Source of the DNA: a bacterium
Lineage (GTDB): Bacteria; Sysuimicrobiota; Sysuimicrobiia; Sysuimicrobiales; Kaftiobacteriaceae
NCBI GenBank assembly: GCA_035693805.1
Contig: DASSGA010000169.1
Span: 1-49,617, forward strand
Reading direction: 5' to 3'
DNA: 49,617 nt
Shown here in pieces: positions 41,695 through 49,617 of the stretch (its first letter is position 1; each line of letters opens with the position of its first letter). The notes beneath the pieces are model-generated. The model saw only the letters and a program-made list of their open reading frames with translations. It was not told where the DNA came from and did not search any database. Both the position numbers and the translations under genes were made by a program.

Positions 41695-42272
41695 CGGCCC
41701 CCGATGAGGCCCTCCACGGCTTCCTCCCACAGACGCCACTCGATCGCCGCGCCGGGGAATTTGCGCACGACGCGCCCCTCGCGATCGATGAAGAACGTCT
41801 CGGGGACGCCGGTGATCCCGTACGCGCGTGAGACCGTCCCGTCTCGGTCGCGTACCTCGGGGTAGGTGGCTTTCGTCTCGGCGATGAACCGCCGCGCCTC
41901 GGATTCGAGGTCCTGGATGTTCACCCCGACGACGACGACGCCCCGGTCCCGATAGTCCCGCCAGACCCGTTCCAGCAGGGGGGCCTCGTCCTTGCACGGG
42001 ATGCACCAGGACGCCCAGAAGTTCATCACGACAAACTTGCCCCGCAGCTCGGCAAGGGTCAGGGTGCCGCCGTCGAAGCGCGGCAGCGTGAAGGCGGGAG
42101 CGCGCGGCCGCCCCCCGCGCGCCAGCGTGGCGGTGAGGGACTCCGGCTGCTGCTTGCGGATCGCGGCGTACCCGATGACGAGCAGCAGGGCGACGATCGG
42201 GACGAGCCACAGCAGCGCGCCGAGCGCGGCGCGGCGTATGCCGGTCTCCGGTGGGGGAGCCCCGGCCGCCAT
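41691..42272 (-). CDS. TlpA/ResA-like membrane-anchored thiol:disulfide oxidoreductase
   Basis: N-terminal TM and thioredoxin motif [12 protein letters not shown]. The ATG overlaps the copZ stop (ATGA). Confidence 0.85.
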   Translation of the reverse strand: MAAGAPPPETGIRRAALGALLWLVPIVALLLVIGYAAIRKQQPESLTATLARGGRPRAPAFTLPRFDGGTLTLAELRGKFVVMNFWASWCIPCKDEAPLLERVWRDYRDRGVVVVGVNIQDLESEARRFIAETKATYPEVRDRDGTVSRAYGITGVPETFFIDREGRVVRKFPGAAIEWRLWEEAVEGLIGGR

Positions 42273-42475
42273 CAGGCGGCCGGATACCCGACCGCGGCCA
42301 GGGCGCTGCGGATCTTGGTCTCGTCGACCCTCGCCGGATCGAACTCGACCGTGATCTGCTTGCTGACATCGCTCGCCTCGACCGTCTGCACGCCGGGGAG
42401 CTTCCGCACTGCATTGGTCACGGTATTGACGCACCCGCTGCAGTGGATCCTCGGGACCTTCAACGTTGCCCGCAT
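42272..42475 (-). CDS. copZ: HMA-domain copper chaperone
   Basis: 67 aa, [19 protein letters not shown] (CxxC). AGGGAGGGA SD. Confidence 0.85.
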   Translation of the reverse strand: MRATLKVPRIHCSGCVNTVTNAVRKLPGVQTVEASDVSKQITVEFDPARVDETKIRSALAAVGYPAA

Positions 42476-42492
42476 GACGATTCCCTCCCTCG

Positions 42493-44937
42493 CTAGAGTG
42501 TGGCCGGCGTGAACCATCGCAGCCGGAGGCTGTTCGTGACGACGCTCACCGAGCTGAAAGCCATGGCGAGCGCCGCCAGCATCGGGTTGAGCAGGATGCC
42601 GAAAAACGGGTACAGCGCGCCCGCGGCCAGCGGGATGAGCACCACGTTGTAGACGAACGCCCAGAACAGGTTCTGCTTGATCGTGCGCATGGTCGAGCGG
42701 CTGAGCCGGATCGCCGTCAGGATCCCGCGCAGATCCTCACCGATGAGCACGATGTCGGCGGACTCGATCGCCACGTCGGTCCCGGCGCCGATCGCGATCC
42801 CGAGGTCCGCTTGGGCCAGCGCGGGCGCGTCGTTGATTCCGTCGCCGACCATCGCCACAGCGCGGCCCGCAGCCTGCAGCTTCTTGACCTCGTCCGTCTT
42901 ACGCTCGGGGAGCACCTCGGCCAGGAAGTGCTCGATGCCGACCTGGGCCGCGATGGCCCCGGCGGTCACGCGATTGTCGCCGGTGAGCATGACGACGTCC
43001 AGTCCCATCTTGCGCAGGCCTTCCACCACCTCGCGGGAGCGGGGCTTCAGCGTGTCCGCCACGGAGATGATCCCCGCCGGCTTCCCATCGACCGCCACGT
43101 ACATCGGCGTCTTGCCCTCCCGCGCGAGCTGGAGCCCGGCAGCCTCCCCCCCATCGAGCGCGACGTGATGCTCCGACAGGAGCAGCGGATTGCCGACCAG
43201 GACCCGGCGGCCATCCACCTCGGCCTGGATGCCGCGGCCCGGCACGGCCTCGAAGCGCTCGGGGCGGGCGAGGGCCAGCCCTTGCTCCTCCGCGCGGCGC
43301 ACGATCGCCTCACCGAGGGGATGCTCCGACCCCCACTCCGCAGACGCCGCCAGGCGGAGCAGATCGGCTTCGGAGAACCCGTTCAGCGTGCGCACGTCGG
43401 TTACCGACGGCTGGCCCTTCGTGAGGGTGCCGGTCTTGTCCAGCACGATGGTGTTCGTCCGGTGCGCGGTCTCGAGGGCCTCGCCGCTCTTGATGAGCAC
43501 ACCGGCTTCGGCGCCGCGACCCGTCCCGACCATGATCGCGGTCGGCGTGGCCAGCCCGAGCGCGCACGGACAGGCGATGATGAGCACGGCCACGAACGTC
43601 ACCAGCGCGTACGTCAGCGACGGCTGCGGGCCGAAGAGCAGCCACACGAGGAACGTCGCCGCCGCGAGCCCCATCACCACCGGCACGAAGTAGCTCGCCA
43701 CGCGGTCGGCCAGGCGCTGGATGGGCGCCTTGCTCCCCTGCGCTTCCTGCACCAGACGGATGATCTGGGCAAGCATCGTGTCCTTGCCGACCTTCGTCGC
43801 GGTGAAGGTGAACGCCCCGGTCTTGTTGATCGTGGCGCCGATGACCGTATCGCCCGGGCCCTTCTCCACCGGCAGCGACTCGCCGGTGAGCATCGACTCG
43901 TCGAGCGCGGAGCGCCCGTCGTCAATTACGCCGTCCACCGGCACCTTCTCTCCAGGGCGGACGACGACCCGGTCGCCGGCGACGACCTCTTCCACGGGCA
44001 CGTCGACTTCACGCCCGTCCCGCAGGACGCGTGCGCGGGGCGCCTGCAGGCTGATCAGCTTGCGGATGGCCTCGGAGGTCTGCCCCTTGGCCCGCGCCTC
44101 GAGAAAACGCCCCAGGAGGATGAGGACGATGATGATCGCCCCGGTTTCGTAGTAGACCTGCGGCTCCAGACCGCCGGCGCGGAACCACTGCGGGAAGAAC
44201 GTCCCGGCGACGCTGTACAGGTAGGCCGCACTCGTCCCCACGGCGATGAGTGTGTTCATGTCGGTGGACCGGTGGCGCGCCTGCGCCCAGGCCCCGCGGT
44301 AGAACTGCCACCCGACCCAGAACTGCACCGGCGTGGCGAGGAGCAGCTGGACGTACCAATTCATGAGGAACTCCGGCGTCCACACCTGCAGGCCCATGTG
44401 CGCCAGGCTGCCCCAGAGCACGGGCAGGCTCAGCAGCGTCCCCACGGTAAGCTTGCGTCGGAGCGTCCTGAGCTCGCGCGCGCGGGCCTCGCGCTCGTAG
44501 TCCTCGGCCTCCGCGCCCTCGACATCGAGCACCTCGTACCCGGCCTCGCGGACGGCCCGCTTCAACTCTGCGAGTGGCGTGGTGGCGAGGATCTCTACGG
44601 TGGCCCGTTCCGCGGCCAGGTTGACGGCGGCGGAGAGCACACCGTCGACGGCGCGCAGGGCATGCTCGACCTTCTCCACGCACGAGGCGCAGGACATGCC
44701 ACGCACGGAGAGCTGCGCTTTGCGCACCGGGACGTCGTAGCCAAGCGAGCGGACGACCTGCACGAAGCGCGCCGTCGTGACGCGCTCCGGATCGTAGGCG
44801 ACGGCGGCGCGCTGGGCCGCGAAGTTCACGGCGACGTGCTGCACGCCCGCAGTCTCCTTCAGGCCGGTCTCGACCTTCAGGACGCAGCTCGCGCAGCTCA
44901 TCCCCTCCACGGGCAACTCCAGACGCTTCACGGCCAT
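42493..44937 (-). CDS. copA: copper-translocating P1B-type ATPase
   Basis: Two N-terminal HMA domains (GMSCASC twice), CPC in [17 protein letters not shown] and GDGINDAP. Confidence 0.95.
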   Translation of the reverse strand: MAVKRLELPVEGMSCASCVLKVETGLKETAGVQHVAVNFAAQRAAVAYDPERVTTARFVQVVRSLGYDVPVRKAQLSVRGMSCASCVEKVEHALRAVDGVLSAAVNLAAERATVEILATTPLAELKRAVREAGYEVLDVEGAEAEDYEREARARELRTLRRKLTVGTLLSLPVLWGSLAHMGLQVWTPEFLMNWYVQLLLATPVQFWVGWQFYRGAWAQARHRSTDMNTLIAVGTSAAYLYSVAGTFFPQWFRAGGLEPQVYYETGAIIIVLILLGRFLEARAKGQTSEAIRKLISLQAPRARVLRDGREVDVPVEEVVAGDRVVVRPGEKVPVDGVIDDGRSALDESMLTGESLPVEKGPGDTVIGATINKTGAFTFTATKVGKDTMLAQIIRLVQEAQGSKAPIQRLADRVASYFVPVVMGLAAATFLVWLLFGPQPSLTYALVTFVAVLIIACPCALGLATPTAIMVGTGRGAEAGVLIKSGEALETAHRTNTIVLDKTGTLTKGQPSVTDVRTLNGFSEADLLRLAASAEWGSEHPLGEAIVRRAEEQGLALARPERFEAVPGRGIQAEVDGRRVLVGNPLLLSEHHVALDGGEAAGLQLAREGKTPMYVAVDGKPAGIISVADTLKPRSREVVEGLRKMGLDVVMLTGDNRVTAGAIAAQVGIEHFLAEVLPERKTDEVKKLQAAGRAVAMVGDGINDAPALAQADLGIAIGAGTDVAIESADIVLIGEDLRGILTAIRLSRSTMRTIKQNLFWAFVYNVVLIPLAAGALYPFFGILLNPMLAALAMAFSSVSVVTNSLRLRWFTPATL

Positions 44938-44950
44938 GGCCGTCTCCTCC

Positions 44951-45268
44951 CTACAGCTTGCCGGACATCTCGAACACCTCGAGCAGTTCGTTGATCGTGC
45001 GCCTGCGCTCGGCCGGATCCGCGGCCGAGATCGCCGCCGCGGCGCAGTGCTCGAGGTGGTCCTCCAGCAGCATCGCGTTGATCTTGTCGATGGCGCGCTG
45101 GATGGCGAGCGTCTGCTTGATAAGGTCGATGCAGTACGCATCCTCCTCGACCATACGCTCCACCCCGCGGACGTGTCCCGCGACGCTGCGCAGGCGCGAG
45201 GCCACCTTGGCGCGGACTTCCCGGCTGCCGTGCTGGGCCTTCGTCGCGTGGACGCTGTGGGTGCTCAT
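44951..45268 (-). CDS. csoR: CsoR-family copper-sensing repressor
   Basis: [39 protein letters not shown]...HLEHC, with the C-H-C ligand pattern. GGAGGAAG SD. Confidence 0.9.
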   Translation of the reverse strand: MSTHSVHATKAQHGSREVRAKVASRLRSVAGHVRGVERMVEEDAYCIDLIKQTLAIQRAIDKINAMLLEDHLEHCAAAAISAADPAERRRTINELLEVFEMSGKL

Positions 45269-45295
45269 CGCGGTCTTCCTCCGTCGGTGCATACC

Positions 45296-45314
45296 CCCTC
45301 CCCCCTGGGGAGGG
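45296..45314. promoter_or_regulatory. candidate CsoR operator CCCTCCCC-N3-GGGGAGGG
   Basis: Perfect 8-bp G/C-tract inverted repeat 28 nt upstream of csoR, between TTGGCC and TATGCA hexamers. Resembles known CsoR operators. Confidence 0.55.
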
Positions 45315-45386
45315 CCAAGGCCATGCTACCACGGAGGTCAGTCGAGCGCAAGACTTCCGGGATCCCCCGATGCGTCAGAAAAGCGA

Positions 45387-45442
45387 TCAGCGGCTGCCGC
45401 CGAGTGACTCCCTAGGAATCTCTCGGCTGCCACAGCCGCTGA
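45387..45442. repeat. 56-nt compound inverted repeat in the csoR/protease intergenic region
   Basis: TCAGCGGCTG...CAGCCGCTGA (10 bp, perfect), an inner GCCGAG/CTCGGC pair, and an apical CCTAGG palindrome. Confidence 0.6.
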
Positions 45443-45615
45443 CGGTCCCGTTCTAGAAGAGGCCCTACCCTTGCGCCAGGCTGCGGTGCGCGGCGATCTT
45501 CTGCTGCACCCCGGCGTCGCAGGACCCTCGTCGAAACGGGTTTTGAGCGTAGCATGGGTGATCCCGGTTGTCAAGGCGCGTCTAACGCGCGGCGGCGAAC
45601 GGGCATAGCCCGAGT

Positions 45616-46287
45616 GTGCGCCGCCATCTGGCCCGCGTGGCTGCCGTGCTGTGCCTCCTGGTCTTCGCCTGGCCCTCTCCGGCCGCTCCGGCCACGGCCC
45701 AGAACCTCGATCCCGTCCGCCAGATCCTCCAGGAGGTCGCCGTCCGCATCGCCGTCGAGGGAGACGAGCACCGCGGCGTGTGCACCGGATGGATCGGGTG
45801 GAGCGAGGAGACCCGCAGCGCGGCCTACACCGCCGCGCACTGCTACCGGGAAGGCGCGCGCTACCGGATCACGCTGGGCACCGGCGAGTCCTTCTACGCC
45901 ACGCACATCACGCGGTGGGACGGACTGGATCTCATGGCGCTGTGGCTCCCGCGCGGGCGGCTGCCATCGCTGCGCGGCTGGAAGCGTATGCCCGCGGGTC
46001 CCTTCCACATCCTGTACGTCCTGAGCGACCGGGGCAGTCCGCTGCGCTTCGTGGATGTCCCTATCCCCCGCGTGTACTGGGAGATCCGCTTCGAGAACAA
46101 TGCGTCGGCGATCGCCCTGCCGCTCCACAGCGTACCGGGGACGAGCGGGGCGCCGGTCGTGGACGTGGCGGATGGGTTGCTGATCGGTATGGTCGTGGGA
46201 TACGTCACGGAGCACCCCGAGGTAGCCGCCGTCGTGCCCGCGCAGACGATCTATGACGCGCTGGCGAATCCGGCAGGATCCCGCTAG
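45616..46287 (+). CDS. secreted trypsin-like (S1 family) serine peptidase
   Basis: Signal peptide LARVAAVLCLLVFAWPSPAAPATA, TAAHC (His), DLMAL (Asp) and GTSGAP (Ser). GTG start. Confidence 0.75.
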   Translation: MRRHLARVAAVLCLLVFAWPSPAAPATAQNLDPVRQILQEVAVRIAVEGDEHRGVCTGWIGWSEETRSAAYTAAHCYREGARYRITLGTGESFYATHITRWDGLDLMALWLPRGRLPSLRGWKRMPAGPFHILYVLSDRGSPLRFVDVPIPRVYWEIRFENNASAIALPLHSVPGTSGAPVVDVADGLLIGMVVGYVTEHPEVAAVVPAQTIYDALANPAGSR

Positions 46288-47003
46288 CCCGGCCGGCCGA
46301 AGCGGTACCGCAGCGGGCCACGGTAGGCCGGCAGCCGGAGCCGGGCCGACTCCTGGATCTCCACCATCAACCCGACCGACCGCAGCCCCTCGACGAACCC
46401 CCCCCGCAGGTTGAGGGCGCCCTTCATCACCGCCGGGTCACCGATGGCCTGGATCTCGTAGGGAGGGTCCAGCCGGAAGATGCCGGCGACCACGCTGTCC
46501 TCGACCTGGCGGAACCCGGTCGTCGCGAGAACCCGCACCCCGGTCACGGCGAGCGCTTCCGCGCCGTTCGACCATAGCTCATTCACCAGTCCGGCCAGGT
46601 CTCCGGCCTGGACCGAGGGGGCCACGACGGCGCCGGGGATCGGGCGCTCGCTGACGCGGACGATAACCCCGGGCCCTTCGACCGGGGTCAGACCCAGCAC
46701 CATCCGGTAGGAGTCCACCTCACGCGCCAGCGTTTCCGCCGAGCTCCGTCCCTGCGCCGCGGCGCTCTCATACTCGCCCATCTTGGCCCGGAGGTCCGCG
46801 ATCTCCGCCTGGAGGGCGTTGAGCGCATCCTCCTGCTGCCGGACCAGGACGGCGAGCTCGCGGACGCGGAGGGTGGGGAGCTGTACCTCCCGGCGGATCG
46901 TCCGCCCGGCCCGGAGCTGAAGGACGACCAGGAAGCCAACCAGCACCAGGAAGGCCGCGAGAGTCACCTGCCAGGAGGCGATCTGGGGCCGCCGCATCAG
47001 CAT
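46284..47003 (-). CDS. DUF881-family membrane-anchored protein
   Basis: N-terminal TM, a coiled coil, then GPGVIVRV...DLAGLVNELWSNGAEALAV...PPYEIQAIGDP, which is typical of DUF881. Confidence 0.8.
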   Translation of the reverse strand: MLMRRPQIASWQVTLAAFLVLVGFLVVLQLRAGRTIRREVQLPTLRVRELAVLVRQQEDALNALQAEIADLRAKMGEYESAAAQGRSSAETLAREVDSYRMVLGLTPVEGPGVIVRVSERPIPGAVVAPSVQAGDLAGLVNELWSNGAEALAVTGVRVLATTGFRQVEDSVVAGIFRLDPPYEIQAIGDPAVMKGALNLRGGFVEGLRSVGLMVEIQESARLRLPAYRGPLRYRFGRPG

Positions 47004-47040
47004 GATGGCCCCAGTATACCGCCCGGGACTGTCCGGGGGC

Positions 47041-47070
47041 TTGATTTAGGCGCCGGGGATGGCACAATAT
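47041..47070 (+). promoter_or_regulatory. candidate groEL promoter (TTGATT, -10 CACAAT/CAATAT)
   Basis: TTGATTTAGGCGCCGGGGATGGCACAATAT lies immediately upstream of CIRCE. Confidence 0.45.
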
Positions 47071-47077
47071 GGGATGG

Positions 47078-47104
47078 TTAGCAGTGAACCCCCGAGAGTG
47101 CTAA
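47078..47104. promoter_or_regulatory. CIRCE element (HrcA operator)
   Basis: TTAGCAGTG-N9-GAGTGCTAA compared with the consensus TTAGCACTC-N9-GAGTGCTAA. Lies 34 nt before the groEL ATG. Confidence 0.9.
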
Positions 47105-48763
<1,659 letters not shown>

Positions 48764-48786
48764 ATCCCCGAGCGAAACACGCGTAT

Positions 48787-48821
48787 CCGCGGGCCGTCGC
48801 CGTCAGGGTGGCGGCCCGCGG
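48787..48821. terminator. GC-rich hairpin between convergent groEL and DUF1059 genes
   Basis: CCGCGGGCCGTCGCC-GTCAG-GGTGGCGGCCCGCGG, a stem of about 15 bp with two wobble pairs. No clear U-tract. Confidence 0.45.
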
Positions 48822-48823
48822 CG

Positions 48824-48979
48824 CTAGTGGTGGGCCTCGTGAGCCAGCTTGAGCACGTCCTCCCGGGAGATCTCCTTGCCGTGGACCTTCTGCATGTGTT
48901 CCTGGGCCTTGCGGACCATCTCGTCATCGGAGTTGGCGTCGATGACGTGCCCGCACGTACAGTGCATGTGTTTGTGCAT
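48824..48979 (-). CDS. small His/Cys-rich protein, DUF1059-like
   Basis: MHKHMHCTCGHVIDANSDDEMVRKAQEHMQKVHGKEISREDVLKLAHEAHH. GGAGG SD. Confidence 0.5.
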   Translation of the reverse strand: MHKHMHCTCGHVIDANSDDEMVRKAQEHMQKVHGKEISREDVLKLAHEAHH

Positions 48980-49084
48980 CGCCCGACCTCCGTCAGGACC
49001 GTCTGATCGTCCGGAACGCGACCGTTCCCCCACCTATTCCTGGTAGGAGAGGCGCCCGGGTGACGTGGAAGCACTTCCGACACC

Positions 49085-49617
49085 GTGCCGGAGCAGCTTC
49101 ACATCCCCCGCGCCAAGATCACGCCGCCGCGTCTGGCCGTCCCGCTCCTGCCGCGCCCGCGCCTGCACGACGCGGTGCGCTCCGGCGCGGAGCGCCGGCT
49201 CGTGGTGCTCTCCGCGGAAGCGGGCTACGGGAAGACCGCGCTGCTCCTGTCCGTCCTCCCGGCGCTGGACCTGCCCACGGCGTGGGTCACCCTCGATCCC
49301 GCCGACGCCGATCTGAATCTCTTCGCGGCCGCGGTCGCCGCCTCGGTCGCCCGCGTGGCCCCGGACGTGCCGGCGCTGGTGGACCGGCTGCTCACGACGG
49401 GCCCGAACCCATCCGACGTCCGCGCCCTACTGCTCAGGCTGTTCGACGACGCCCCGCCGCTCGTTGTCATCCTCGACGACTTCCACACCGTGGAGCACAA
49501 CCCCGAGGTGCTGGATCTCGTCGACGCGCTGCTTGCCCACCTCCCCGCCCACCTGCACATCATCCTCGCCACCCGGACGTGGCCGCGCCTCGGGTCGCTT
49601 CCGCGCCTGCTCGTGCA
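49085..49617 (+). CDS. MalT/LuxR-type large ATP-binding regulator, N-terminal fragment running off the window
   Basis: The frame is open from 49064 to the window end. PRAKITPPRLAVPLLPRPRL, Walker A SAEAGYGKTALL and Walker B VVILDDFH. The GTG start is provisional. Confidence 0.55.
   Translation, partial: MPEQLHIPRAKITPPRLAVPLLPRPRLHDAVRSGAERRLVVLSAEAGYGKTALLLSVLPALDLPTAWVTLDPADADLNLFAAAVAASVARVAPDVPALVDRLLTTGPNPSDVRALLLRLFDDAPPLVVILDDFHTVEHNPEVLDLVDALLAHLPAHLHIILATRTWPRLGSLPRLLV

Noticed and set aside
45338-45574. 78-aa ORF on the minus strand in the csoR/protease intergenic region.
   Set aside because: It has no RBS, its composition is low-complexity Ala/Ser/Arg, and it spans the inverted repeat. 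It is more likely non-coding.

Overview
High-GC bacterial chromosomal segment that is almost fully coding. All calls come from reading the sequence and ORF track by eye, with no database search, so family names rest on recalled motifs. Regulatory hallmarks are of the monoderm type: a T-box leader, CIRCE, a CsoR operator, a SpoIIE-type phosphatase and DUF881. No rRNA, CRISPR array, transposase or integrase was seen.

Content from left to right:
- (1) An acyl-CoA cluster: thiolase, three crotonase-fold proteins (one with a C-terminal zinc ribbon) and EthD.
- (2) A long, tightly packed minus-strand type IV pilus (T4P) operon. Its order is pilA, an O-antigen-ligase-like gene, four minor (pre)pilins including a 720-aa PilX-like protein, pilM-pilN-pilO, a flippase-like membrane protein, a Cys-rich PilZ protein and a SPOR protein.
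- (3) pilC, then a divergent NarL-type histidine kinase and response regulator, an orphan REC protein, and pilB.
- (4) An uncharacterised, translationally coupled pair: a HEAT-repeat protein and a degenerate HD phosphohydrolase that share an N-terminal module. They lie between pilB and a T-box-controlled valS.
- (5) A second HEAT paralog convergent with a second pilB paralog.
- (6) lon, clpX, clpP, tig, tRNA-Leu, tRNA-Lys, a 20-codon micro-ORF and pilT.
- (7) An internally deleted isocitrate/isopropylmalate dehydrogenase remnant, then a KamB/NpmA-like 16S rRNA methyltransferase whose Shine-Dalgarno (SD) sequence is buried in a 15-bp hairpin.
- (8) tRNA-Arg, a DUF4118-GAF-GAF-PP2C-HATPase protein and xpt.
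- (9) A csoR-copA-copZ-tlpA copper operon with a coupled 50-aa basic ORF.
- (10) A secreted trypsin-like protease, DUF881, CIRCE-groEL, DUF1059 and the start of a MalT/LuxR-like regulator.

The best candidate for an undescribed system is the HEAT/HD module duplicated next to the two PilB ATPases. A 33-nt promoter-proximal element is shared by pilB and pilC at 29/33 identity. The pilus operon also carries glycosylation-type and c-di-GMP-type accessory genes.
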